Source of the DNA: a virus
Taxonomy: Duplodnaviria > Caudoviricetes
Length of the DNA: 63,839 bases
Direction: 5' to 3' (one strand)
Virus record (IMG/VR): IMGVR_UViG_3300022752_000068
Location: 1 to 63,839 of that record
The position numbers and the translations under genes were made by a program. The notes beneath the pieces were generated by a model. That model worked only from the letters and a program-made list of their open reading frames with translations. It was not told where the DNA came from and did not search any database. Positions within the stretch are counted from its first letter, which is position 1. Every line of letters begins with the position of its first letter. Positions 47,641 through 56,350 of the stretch are shown one piece after another.

Positions 47641-47682
47641 AACCCGCCCCGAAAGGGGCATTAAATGGAGAAAAAGATGAAA
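47641..47682 (+). repeat. Intergenic hairpin-RBS-start repeat, copy 2
   Basis: AACCCGCCCCGAAAGGGGCATTAAATGGAGAAAAAGATGAAA. Confidence 0.85.
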
Positions 47683-48090
47683 TACATAACCGTAAACGCA
47701 GCCGGATTAAACGCTATCCGAGCATTTTTAGAAACAAAGCACAAACGTAAACATTTTGATGAAATCATGATTCAGGCATGGGCGAGCGATGCCGAAGCAA
47801 ATTGGGATGAAGTCAACCCACCATCAATAGAAATCCGACCGGTTGACAGCGTAAGCCAACGCCCCGAAACGCTAACCCTAACATCAGATCAATACGTCAT
47901 CTCTGAGTCTTTTGAATACATCGTTAGCTGGAAAAATGGGGATGAGCTTGGCACATATTCAGGTGCGAACGAAGCGCAAGCCATTGAAAAAGCAGTACAA
48001 GATGCTGGTTATCTGGATTTAGATGCCGCGCACGAGTTTATTTTCAAAGATGGCGAGATGCTTTTGACTGCTACGAGACTGGAGGATTGA
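47677..48090 (+). CDS. Hypothetical early protein
   Basis: ATG lies within the repeat; LGTYSGANEAQAI. Confidence 0.55.
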   Translation: MKYITVNAAGLNAIRAFLETKHKRKHFDEIMIQAWASDAEANWDEVNPPSIEIRPVDSVSQRPETLTLTSDQYVISESFEYIVSWKNGDELGTYSGANEAQAIEKAVQDAGYLDLDAAHEFIFKDGEMLLTATRLED

Positions 48091-48380
48091 GCATGCCACA
48101 AATAACCGATATTAGAATCAGAAACTACACCAAAGCGCAAATTGCTGAAATGGAAAGCATGGGAATAAAAGTTACCAAGGTGGATTGTTACGCGGTCAAA
48201 TTTGACAATCGTGGTAAATGGGTAGATTGTCAAGTGTTTTCAACCATCGAGAAAGCGAAGCAATACATTGAAGATTGTAAAGCCCAGTTTATCGGTGCTT
48301 TTGGGTACAAGCCTCCTGTAATGCACAAAATCATTAAACGCAAAACACACGTATTAGGCGATTTAACGCCAGCAAACTAA
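48087..48380 (+). CDS. Hypothetical early protein
   Basis: GGAGG RBS, coupled ORF. Confidence 0.5.
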   Translation: MSMPQITDIRIRNYTKAQIAEMESMGIKVTKVDCYAVKFDNRGKWVDCQVFSTIEKAKQYIEDCKAQFIGAFGYKPPVMHKIIKRKTHVLGDLTPAN

Positions 48381-48512
48381 CTAGGAGAAACTATGTACAC
48401 CACGATAAAGAAACCGACTATGCGTATCACGCAAATGGGCGGGTGAGAAAGTCAAAGATGACTATGACGAAAAACGAGACGAGATATTTAACCGTTTTTT
48501 GGAGGAAATCAA

Positions 48513-49016
48513 ATGAAAACAACTCTAAACGAGATCAGAAAGCACCACCCTTGTCAAGACTTCTGGGAAACCTTGCTAAGACATCTCAATAAGGCCTCTG
48601 CTGATGATGAGCCCTTGCACTTGCTTACGGTGCTGGAATCGAACGGAACTTTAGATGCGCTGTGGTGCGTTCAACACTTCTGTGATAAATATCAAAAGAT
48701 GCGGCTTACAGTACTTTTCGCAAGAGAAGTACAGGAGTTGATGAGTCGGTTTGGTGCTGTATCACTAGACGTATGCGAGAGTTATGCAAACGGCTTGGTG
48801 ACCGAGCACGAGCTAGAGGCTGCTCATACTCTACTTGCTAGGCGAGACTTGAGCTGTACAGACAGGGTTGCGTATGCTGCCACACAAGGGGAACCAGGAA
48901 AAGTGGCTCCGCTTGTCTTGGAGGCTATTTTTATCTTTCGAGGACCTACAGCAAGAGCAAACACTCACAAAAAAATGCTAGAAATACTCAAACAATTTTT
49001 AAAGGACACCCCATGA
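48513..49016 (+). CDS. Conserved phage protein, paralog 1 (MKTTLNEIR family)
   Basis: DDEPL.L.T.LESNG..DA.WC. Confidence 0.65.
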   Translation: MKTTLNEIRKHHPCQDFWETLLRHLNKASADDEPLHLLTVLESNGTLDALWCVQHFCDKYQKMRLTVLFAREVQELMSRFGAVSLDVCESYANGLVTEHELEAAHTLLARRDLSCTDRVAYAATQGEPGKVAPLVLEAIFIFRGPTARANTHKKMLEILKQFLKDTP

Positions 49017-49594
49017 AAACAACCCTGAACGAGATTAGAAAATTGCATTTGTCTTCATCAAATTGGGATAAATTGCTTGCACATCTTGGGAAAACAAAAC
49101 CAGACGATGAGCCGTTAGCCGTTACCACGATACTCGAATCAAATGGTTTTTTTGATGCTGTTTGGTGTGTCAATAAGCTGGTTGATAAGCGTAAACGGGT
49201 AAAACTTGCCTGCCTTTTTGCAAGTGAAGTGCAAAATTTGATGCCTGATACCTCTAAACTTGCCTTTGAGGTTGCTGATAGGTATGCAAATGGTCTGGCA
49301 ACAGATGACGAACTATTAGCCGCCCATATTGCCGCCGATTCTGCAATCCCCGATAACCCTTATGCCGCGCCTTACGCAGCTTGGGCTGCCGCTGGCGATG
49401 TTGCTTATCATGATTCAACTGCTTGGTCAGTTGCTGCTGCTGCTGAATGTGCTGCCGCCGATGCTGCCTTGGCCACCACATTCAAAGAAACTAACTCATG
49501 GACGCTGGCCGCCCGTGCTGCCGCTGAAGCTAGGAAAGCCATGCAAGCCAAACAAGTTGAAATCCTAAAACAATTTTTGGAGGAAACCAAATGA
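49013..49594 (+). CDS. Conserved phage protein, paralog 2 (Ala-rich, Imm5-like C-terminus)
   Basis: Same N-terminus and ILKQFL C-terminus as 48513-49016. Confidence 0.65.
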   Translation: MKTTLNEIRKLHLSSSNWDKLLAHLGKTKPDDEPLAVTTILESNGFFDAVWCVNKLVDKRKRVKLACLFASEVQNLMPDTSKLAFEVADRYANGLATDDELLAAHIAADSAIPDNPYAAPYAAWAAAGDVAYHDSTAWSVAAAAECAAADAALATTFKETNSWTLAARAAAEARKAMQAKQVEILKQFLEETK

Positions 49595-49866
49595 GACTAC
49601 GTGACTGCCTGGGATATGTCCCCATTAAAGAAACCAAGACCGATGTACCACCTTGGACGTTTGTGAAATTTCCAACCCTTGAGCAATACATTTACATTGT
49701 CCGAAAAGATGGGGAACTGGCGCATAGAAACTATGCCATCCTCAAGAAACTAAGCCAAGGCATTGCCATAGATGCTATCTGCGAAACGCACAACACATCT
49801 AGGCAGAATATCAACTACATCGAGAAATCATTTCTGAAACTTTGGGCATACATTCATCGAAAATAG
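49591..49866 (+). CDS. Small HTH protein (sigma region 4-like)
   Basis: I...HNTSRQNI..IE motif. Confidence 0.45.
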   Translation: MRLRDCLGYVPIKETKTDVPPWTFVKFPTLEQYIYIVRKDGELAHRNYAILKKLSQGIAIDAICETHNTSRQNINYIEKSFLKLWAYIHRK

Positions 49867-50661
49867 TTTGATCTTCATTGCAGAAACAAACAAGCCTACC
49901 CTACCCTGGTAATCGTTAAAATCCTCAGTGGCTTTATCGCTTGCCCAGTAGGGTTTTTTTATTGCCCCCGCCGCCGACAATCCCGCTTCATCATTGTCCG
50001 CAACAACAAACCCACCAGATACAGTATTGGCTATCTTCACCATGTTGGATGCACTGAAGCAAACGTATATGGTAAACCTCATTCTAGCCGCCCGCATAGC
50101 CGCCCGCACACTCAGCCCAGTGGCATACCCCTCGCAGAAAATCGGCACACCCTGGCTATCGAATACATGAACCGCACCATTGGTTACCTGCCCTGAAAGA
50201 AACTTCTTGCCGCCGTCACTGTCAATTAATTGACACCCGACTATCTTACGACCTACCCGCATCGGCACTACCAGCAGGCGCGTACCTATTTCAGGCTCCC
50301 AGATGTTGCCACGTTCATCAGGAAACCCTTTCCGTTTGAGATACTCATGGATATCTGCCGTGGTTTGAGTAAGTATCCACTCCGCCCGTTTAGCTGCCTT
50401 TTCATTAGCCAACCTCAAATCCCTATCGGCTTTTTCCTTCATCTGCCGCAATTCAGCAAACGATACAGGCTTGCCGCCACGCCACATAACAGGCTTTGTC
50501 ATTGTCGCCCAGTTATGTACCCACCCGATTGAACCCATGAACTTATAACGGCCATTCCTCTTGTGCGGATGGTCTTCCGTTGGTACAGAAACCCATTTGT
50601 CATGCACCAACGAATCAAGAATCAGCCCATGCCCCTGCGCAAACTCCAAGAAAGACTGCAT
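49828..50661 (-). CDS. TOPRIM-domain primase
   Basis: YLKRKG, LVVPM, Q.I..DG.KKFL.G, CEGYATG, ADND..G, DFND. Confidence 0.85.
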   Translation of the reverse strand: MQSFLEFAQGHGLILDSLVHDKWVSVPTEDHPHKRNGRYKFMGSIGWVHNWATMTKPVMWRGGKPVSFAELRQMKEKADRDLRLANEKAAKRAEWILTQTTADIHEYLKRKGFPDERGNIWEPEIGTRLLVVPMRVGRKIVGCQLIDSDGGKKFLSGQVTNGAVHVFDSQGVPIFCEGYATGLSVRAAMRAARMRFTIYVCFSASNMVKIANTVSGGFVVADNDEAGLSAAGAIKKPYWASDKATEDFNDYQGRVGLFVSAMKIKLFSMNVCPKFQK

Positions 50662-50670
50662 AACGATTCC

Positions 50671-52158
50671 TTAAAGTTTCATTGGGTTACGATTCATGGC
50701 TTTAGCATAGGCAATATTCCGACTCATTATCCACTTCTTCGTACCAAGCGATATGTGGTCAGCAGGCTTTGAGATTAGATTGTTTGGCCACTTCCCATAT
50801 TTCTGCTTGAACTGGTTGCTTGCCCACCCTGGTTTGAAACCCTTTAGCATCCCGTATGCTATCAATTCAGAGTAAAATTTCTGCATCGGATCCGACCGCA
50901 TCGCTTCCGCACTGAACTGTTCCATCTTTCCAGCTTTGACTATAACCCCGCTGGTGCGCTCCTTAGTGAAACCGCAAGCCGTACAGGATATAGCCCCACG
51001 TTTCCACAGAAACCCGCATTTAGGACACTTGGAATCCGACTTCTTCTTCTTGGTTGGCTCTTTGTGGGCTTTGTCTAGGTGCTCTAGGCTCGTTACACCC
51101 TGCTCATAAACATTGTCCCAATCCTCTTGAAAACGGATGTAATTCCCGCTATGGCAAAGCCAGAGACCGAAGGATTTATCAGGATGCGAACGCATTACCC
51201 GCCCCATCTGTTGGATGTGGGATGATAAAGACTTCTTGAACGGTCTTGCCGATACGCCGATTTTCACCGCAGGGCAATCGAACCCCTTTGTGAGAATGTC
51301 CGTAGCAATCAATCCATGAATCGTTGAATCAGGCTTTTCAAACTCAGAAACCACTTCCTTCTTGAAGTTATCCTCATCAAGATAGCTCAGGCTTACGAAG
51401 TTATAACCCTTCCTTGCAAACTCCCTTACCAATTCTTGCCCATGCGCTACGCCCGCACAGAAAACAACCGTCTTTTCAGGCTTGCCAAATATAGCCATGG
51501 TTTTACTTTCCCATTCCGCCACAATGTCGCCCGTTATCTTGATACCACGCTCCGCCACTTCAGCAGATGACCACTCACCCGCTACAGTCTTAGCCCCTTC
51601 CATGTCAATCTCTTTCGAAATATACACACGCAAAGGGCATAGCCACTTCTGCTCCACAAGCCATGATGTAGTTCGATTAGAAACCACCGTTTGATAGACT
51701 TCACCCAATCCCGCAGTGAATGGGGTAGCAGTCAACCCTATTACCTTCATGTCGGGATTCTTCTTGATGAACTCCACCGTCTTGCGCCTCAATTGATGTG
51801 CTTCATCGATGATAAACAGCTCGAACGCATCTTTAACTTCTGGTCTTTTCTCCATGGTTTGGGCACTTACCACCTGTATGCGCTCATTCAGGTCATACTT
51901 CTCATGCTTGGCTTGTAATACACCGTGGGGAATGCCGTATTTGGTTAACCTGGCACTGGTTTGATTCACCAACACCAGCCTATCGCATACAAACGCAACC
52001 CGCTTATAGTTCTTCCGCACCGCATCCATGAGGAAAATGGCTAATTCAGTTTTTCCATATCCGGTGGCCGCATAGAATATCTGCCGCTTGATACCCCTCT
52101 TAAAATTCTCTCTCAGCTTCTCCACACCGTCTTCTTGGTGCTCTCTTAACTTCAACAT
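50671..52158 (-). CDS. Superfamily II DEAH-box helicase with C-terminal zinc ribbon
   Basis: ATGYGKT, DEAH, TATP, GFD.P, QQMGR..R, CPKC/CTAC. Confidence 0.9.
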   Translation of the reverse strand: MLKLREHQEDGVEKLRENFKRGIKRQIFYAATGYGKTELAIFLMDAVRKNYKRVAFVCDRLVLVNQTSARLTKYGIPHGVLQAKHEKYDLNERIQVVSAQTMEKRPEVKDAFELFIIDEAHQLRRKTVEFIKKNPDMKVIGLTATPFTAGLGEVYQTVVSNRTTSWLVEQKWLCPLRVYISKEIDMEGAKTVAGEWSSAEVAERGIKITGDIVAEWESKTMAIFGKPEKTVVFCAGVAHGQELVREFARKGYNFVSLSYLDEDNFKKEVVSEFEKPDSTIHGLIATDILTKGFDCPAVKIGVSARPFKKSLSSHIQQMGRVMRSHPDKSFGLWLCHSGNYIRFQEDWDNVYEQGVTSLEHLDKAHKEPTKKKKSDSKCPKCGFLWKRGAISCTACGFTKERTSGVIVKAGKMEQFSAEAMRSDPMQKFYSELIAYGMLKGFKPGWASNQFKQKYGKWPNNLISKPADHISLGTKKWIMSRNIAYAKAMNRNPMKL

Positions 52159-52233
52159 TTACTCTTCCCCCGCTACATAAAATCAAAAAATATCCAGATA
52201 CCCCTGCCGCAGTCTTTCATTCTGCAACTTCTG

Positions 52234-52773
52234 TTAATCAAGTTTTGGCCTGCTCTTAACCTTCCTATATTCCTTAATGAATGCTAGACGGTCTCCATTC
52301 CACATGTAATCAGGGTTCAGGTAATACTTGTTCTGAACCATGCTTTCGGCAATAAAATCCTTCAAAATTAACTCCCTCATGCCTTTCATGAAAGTGGCTT
52401 TACTCATTGGTGTAACCTGCTGGTCGACCTCGATAAAGCTCAGATACAGAAAATCCCTACCGGTAGCCTCTTGAACTGTTAAATAAAGCACTTCAAAAAC
52501 CTTAGTACCTGCCGAAGTCAAATCTTTGAAAGCCTTTACTCCGTTCACATAAAGTTTCACAAACTGGGTTTTATCGACATCATGCGCCTGCCAAAACCCT
52601 GCCGGCGCAACGATTTCTCCCGTGTTCTCGCTCACAACCATCATCCGGTTACCATCCTTATTGCTGATTCGCTTCACTCCTTGCTTGGTGTTGGCTACAG
52701 CATTGACGACAAACGGGTTGTGGTCATACTTTACCAAACCACGCTTGCTCTTGTTTTCGTCTTTTGGTCTCAT
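52234..52773 (-). CDS. Plasmid-type replication initiator (RepL-like wHTH)
   Basis: NPF...TGE...VD..QFVKLY...S.ATF.KG..EL....FIA......Y.LNP...WNGDR; AAGGAG RBS before ATG 52773. Confidence 0.7.
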   Translation of the reverse strand: MRPKDENKSKRGLVKYDHNPFVVNAVANTKQGVKRISNKDGNRMMVVSENTGEIVAPAGFWQAHDVDKTQFVKLYVNGVKAFKDLTSAGTKVFEVLYLTVQEATGRDFLYLSFIEVDQQVTPMSKATFMKGMRELILKDFIAESMVQNKYYLNPDYMWNGDRLAFIKEYRKVKSRPKLD

Positions 52774-52818
52774 GAACACACTCCTTTTTGATACTTCAAG
52801 TATAGGTATTATATACAT

Positions 52819-52900
52819 AAAGTCTTAGTTTGCCCATATTTTTTAAGACTTCATATCTTCACTTCTAAGACTTCATGTCTTCAAACCTAAGACTTTAGTG
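52819..52900. repeat. Iteron-like array (candidate replication origin)
   Basis: TAAGACTT at 52844, 52866, 52888 (22-bp period); inverted copy at 52819-52828; AT-rich flanks. Confidence 0.7.
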
Positions 52901-52945
52901 TCGTGTAAACCCTTGTAAACACTCATCTTTTGATTTTTTTTCTTC

Positions 52946-53263
52946 TTAAGTCTTACTTTCTCTGTTCTTGCGTGCGTCATCTAGTGCGACTACGTGATTC
53001 TTCGTATTCAATCCATACTCAGTGTTTAGCCATATCTGCACAGTTCGACCGTTCCTTTTCCTGCGTATGAAGATACCCTCATCGCATAGATTATTAAGTG
53101 CCCTAGAAAAATTTGACGGCCTGATTCCCAACTCTTCCGCCATAGCACTAAATGGATGCCTTATCTCCATCGCATCGTCTACGTAACACATCATAATTGC
53201 CCAAACTTTTCGGTCTTCATTTTTCAAATCCGCCTGCGCAAAGGCCAGAAATGCCGGTGACAT
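52946..53263 (-). CDS. Small RepL-like / winged-HTH protein
   Basis: MAEELGIRPSNFSRALNNL.DEG.......G......LN..YG. Confidence 0.6.
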   Translation of the reverse strand: MSPAFLAFAQADLKNEDRKVWAIMMCYVDDAMEIRHPFSAMAEELGIRPSNFSRALNNLCDEGIFIRRKRNGRTVQIWLNTEYGLNTKNHVVALDDARKNRESKT

Positions 53264-53283
53264 GGTTAACCTCCCCTTAAGCT

Positions 53284-53316
53284 CTCAATCTTGTTTTGAG
53301 TGCGTTTACCGTACGC
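53284..53316 (+). repeat. 33-bp direct repeat, copy 1
   Basis: CTCAATCTTGTTTTGAGTGCGTTTACCGTACGC, identical to 54472-54504. Confidence 0.9.
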
Positions 53317-53336
53317 CGCCGGCTCGGCCAGTGTGA

Positions 53337-54458
53337 TTAGTAATCGCTCCATGTCAGTATTCTCCATGCTTCTGCTGCACACAGTGGGACTTGTCCGTTT
53401 CCAATGGCTTTAAGTCTGTCCACCCTAGCGGCCACCCCATCAGCCACTCGACCCACGTTGGGTTCAACTTCCCACCAACTTTCTCGCCCAAATTGAACTT
53501 CCCACGGTCTACTGTACTGTCCTTGTACATAAACGCTCTTGGTGTCGGCCAATTCACTTGGGCGGTCAATGTTGGTGTATTTCTCTTGTGTTCGCTTGGA
53601 GCATTCGTTTCTTTGGCGTTGTGCGCAGTTGGTGTAGTCCAATACTTGACTTTTTCCGCCAGTCCCTGCTGTTTGCTGTTCGGCCCCCTTGGTTTCCAAT
53701 CCGTGGCAAGTGGAGTTGGCCAATTCCTCACTGCCGTCGCTAATCCATCCCCGCTCGTCTTGCTTGCTCCCTTGCGGTTGTAATTTCCGCAAACTGTCGG
53801 CGTTGGCCACATCTGCACCAGTCGTCCTAATCCCACTGAACCGTCTTTCCCGTTCTGATTCACCTTTCTTGGCATTCCCGTTGATGTTGTGTAATGGGTG
53901 TCGTTCTTCCCTATCACCGCCCCCGATGTCGCATCGCTTGAAACTGGTGTCGGTACCGAGAATCCAAATACGGTCTCTACGGTGCGGTGCGCCAACGTCG
54001 GCAGCCCCCATAACAAGCCATCTCGTGTCATACCCGATTTCGGTAAGATCGCCAAGGACTCTGCTAAGTCCTCGATTAACGAGCATTGGCGAGTTTTCCA
54101 CGAACACGTAGCGGGGTCGTACTTCGCCAACCACCCGTGCCATGTGCCTCCACATTCCGCTTCGCTCTCCGTCAATTCCTGCGCCTTTTCCTGCTGCGCT
54201 GATGTCTTGGCATGGAAACCCGCCAGATACAACGTCAACAATTCCTCTCCACGGCTTTCCGTCAAAGGTTTGTATGTCATCCCAAATCGGGAAAGGCGTG
54301 AGAATTGCGTCATTTTGTCGGGCGCACAATACGCTTGCGGGATATGGCTCCCATTCAACGGCGCACACTGTTTGCCATCCAAGCAGTTTTCCTCCAAGAA
54401 TCCCTCCCCCTGCTCCTGCGAACAAAGCGAGTTCATTAAGGCTTGACTTATTAACCAT
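53337..54458 (-). CDS. DNA cytosine-5 methyltransferase, alpha polypeptide
   Basis: Motifs I FAGAGG, IV GFPCQ, VI ENS, VIII RDRIW, X LKAIGNG. Confidence 0.9.
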   Translation of the reverse strand: MVNKSSLNELALFAGAGGGILGGKLLGWQTVCAVEWEPYPASVLCARQNDAILTPFPIWDDIQTFDGKPWRGIVDVVSGGFPCQDISAAGKGAGIDGERSGMWRHMARVVGEVRPRYVFVENSPMLVNRGLSRVLGDLTEIGYDTRWLVMGAADVGAPHRRDRIWILGTDTSFKRCDIGGGDREERHPLHNINGNAKKGESERERRFSGIRTTGADVANADSLRKLQPQGSKQDERGWISDGSEELANSTCHGLETKGAEQQTAGTGGKSQVLDYTNCAQRQRNECSKRTQEKYTNIDRPSELADTKSVYVQGQYSRPWEVQFGRESWWEVEPNVGRVADGVAARVDRLKAIGNGQVPLCAAEAWRILTWSDY

Positions 54459-54463
54459 GACAT
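53354..54463 (-). CDS. Overlapping-frame methyltransferase beta polypeptide (TRD-like repeats plus motif IX)
   Basis: 369-codon open alternative frame; five (W)PTP repeats; LNPTWVEWLMGWP. Confidence 0.7.
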   Translation of the reverse strand: MSWLISQALMNSLCSQEQGEGFLEENCLDGKQCAPLNGSHIPQAYCAPDKMTQFSRLSRFGMTYKPLTESRGEELLTLYLAGFHAKTSAQQEKAQELTESEAECGGTWHGWLAKYDPATCSWKTRQCSLIEDLAESLAILPKSGMTRDGLLWGLPTLAHRTVETVFGFSVPTPVSSDATSGAVIGKNDTHYTTSTGMPRKVNQNGKDGSVGLGRLVQMWPTPTVCGNYNRKGASKTSGDGLATAVRNWPTPLATDWKPRGPNSKQQGLAEKVKYWTTPTAHNAKETNAPSEHKRNTPTLTAQVNWPTPRAFMYKDSTVDRGKFNLGEKVGGKLNPTWVEWLMGWPLGWTDLKPLETDKSHCVQQKHGEY

Positions 54464-54464
54464 T

Positions 54465-55262
54465 TCAACTCCTCAATCTTGTTTTGAGTGCGTTTACCGT
54501 ACGCAGTAGCTCGGCATTACGATTCTGGTACATATCCCGACTATCCTTTGCCGTGGATAATTCCATCTCCAATACCCGTATCTGCTCCCTCAACTCCTTC
54601 AACGTATCTCCTACGTCTATCTTCTCTATCTCAGTAGCATCCCACTGAGCAGCCGCCAACGCATCCCTTAAACGTTGATTCTCGGCGTTTAATTCCTCAA
54701 TGGTAGCCAGTAGCTCATCCACGTCAGGATGTGCGCTTATAGCGTGTTTTAATGGCTCTACAACGGTATCGCTATCTTCTTCATCGGCTTTGGTGTTCTC
54801 GATAACGGGTTTTGCCGTGTCTGCATTCCCAATCTCTGCCTTGATTCGACCCACCGTGACCTTCGTTACACCGACCTGCCGTGCAATAGCCGCATTTGTC
54901 ATATGGCTTGTCTCAGGGTGCGACAACATCATGATTATCAACTTGCGCTTGTCCTTCCTAGACAACGACAATCCACGCTCAGTATTTGCCGTGAACGCAT
55001 ACTTCTGCGCATCCAGCTTATCGCCGCTGCGTACATCCGCCGCAATATCCTTAGCCTTGTTCTTCTTGGCAGCAAAGTACCTATGAAACCCATCAGCCAG
55101 CCAGTTATCAACCCCATCGTTAAACACCACAACAGGGGGAAATATCGAACCCGAACCCATGGCTTCAGCATAGGCTTCAATCGTCTCCTTGTCATGCTCC
55201 ACCCTAATCTGCGTAGCACCATCAAGGCGTATATCCTTCAGCGGTATATCCCTAATCTCCAT
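54465..55262 (-). CDS. ParB/Srx-fold protein with HTH and C-terminal coiled coil
   Basis: FPPVVVF....WLADGFHR..A, N..RGL, TNAAIARQVGVTKVTVGR; GGAGG RBS before ATG 55262. Confidence 0.8.
   Translation of the reverse strand: MEIRDIPLKDIRLDGATQIRVEHDKETIEAYAEAMGSGSIFPPVVVFNDGVDNWLADGFHRYFAAKKNKAKDIAADVRSGDKLDAQKYAFTANTERGLSLSRKDKRKLIIMMLSHPETSHMTNAAIARQVGVTKVTVGRIKAEIGNADTAKPVIENTKADEEDSDTVVEPLKHAISAHPDVDELLATIEELNAENQRLRDALAAAQWDATEIEKIDVGDTLKELREQIRVLEMELSTAKDSRDMYQNRNAELLRTVNALKTRLRS
54472..54504 (+). repeat. 33-bp direct repeat, copy 2 (3' end of the ParB-like gene)
   Basis: Identical to 53284-53316. Confidence 0.9.
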
Positions 55263-55282
55263 ACAATCCTCCGTTCGTAAGA

Positions 55283-55384
55283 GTAACAATGTTACCATAC
55301 TTCATAGGGAAAGTGTGAGAATTTTAACACGATGCCATAAAGGAAGCGACGGCAAGGAAAGTAGCAGTGGAGTAACTTTGTTAC
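55283..55384. promoter_or_regulatory. Pair of GTAAC-N3-GTTAC palindromes upstream of the ParB-like gene
   Basis: GTAACAATGTTAC at 55283-55295 and GTAACTTTGTTAC at 55372-55384. Confidence 0.75.
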
Positions 55385-55732
55385 CATAACCCCAAGGTCT
55401 GTAGGGTCTTTGGCCGTAAGGTCGTAAGGTGGTGCCGTGGGTAGGAATCACCCAAAGGCCCCCCCTACCCCACGAGCATAAATTTAAAATAAAAAATGCT
55501 CCAGTGAGATAGGGAGGAGTAGGTATTATCACCCCGCTTTCGCGGTCCGTCATGTTAAGGCTGGGTGCCCGCCTTAAACCCCCGACTTGACGGTTCGGCC
55601 AGTCGCACGGATTGTTCGGGAACTGCCCCCTAGCCTTGCGGCATACCGTGTCTCGGTTTTCTTCCACGCAGCCCCAATTGCGGCTCTTACTATCGTGTGG
55701 AGTACGGCCAGGAACATTGTTACCGCCAAAAG

Positions 55733-55843
55733 AAAAACCCACAACGCTGTGGTGTCTTGGCCTCTGGCGTGAGACGGCTTAAGCGATATGAACTCACGAC
55801 ACAAGTTACGCTTAAACTTTTCAAGACACCGCAACATTGCGGG
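55733..55843 (-). ncRNA. Candidate structured RNA / attenuator
   Basis: 22-nt outer stem (55738-55759/55822-55843) with G-U pairs on the minus strand, inner 7-bp stem, U-tract. Confidence 0.45.
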
Positions 55844-55894
55844 CTCCATGCCGTAAGTTCAATCGCCAGCCGCCAAACTGACAATTGAAGTATA

Positions 55895-56350
55895 TCACAC
55901 TTTTCTTGCCATGCCCCAGAGAATCGCAGCACGCCAGCCGGCGCATCCCCCAAATGTTCGCTCGGTCTCGCTCGGTGGGTCATCACCCTCTACAAGCTCA
56001 TAAAGGGATCGTAATTGCGTGTACTCGAGTTCGCTCCAGCGTTTAACAATGCTGTCTACCTGCTCCCGTGTGCATTGCTCCAGCGCCATAAAAAGCACGG
56101 CCAGCCGCTGCGTGTGGGTTTCTGGGATATTTTTCAATTCATAAGCGCAATGCTGAGCACCTTCATTTACAACAGCTTGCACAACTTCCCATTTATAAGC
56201 TGGAATTGTGTAGATTTCCACCTTATCTAACTGCGTATCTTCTCCTTTGCTGCGCTCCACAATTAAATGTACGCCGTTGCTTGATTCAACAATTCTCGAT
56301 ATCATTTTTTTTGCCTCTCCCTCATCTTTTCTGTAACTGGCTGCAACCAC
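55895..56350 (-). CDS. Hypothetical protein
   Basis: ORF in the minus-strand operon; start probably at MISRIV. Confidence 0.5.
   Translation of the reverse strand: MVAASYRKDEGEAKKMISRIVESSNGVHLIVERSKGEDTQLDKVEIYTIPAYKWEVVQAVVNEGAQHCAYELKNIPETHTQRLAVLFMALEQCTREQVDSIVKRWSELEYTQLRSLYELVEGDDPPSETERTFGGCAGWRAAILWGMARKV

Noticed and set aside
46232-47682. Hairpin repeats as a CRISPR array or integron attC sites
   Set aside because: They are separated by whole genes, lack attC RYYYAAC/GTTRRRY ends, and no cas or intI gene is present
55302-55849. 146-aa and 91-aa minus-strand ORFs
   Set aside because: No clear RBS or domain; they overlap predicted RNA structure and regulatory sites
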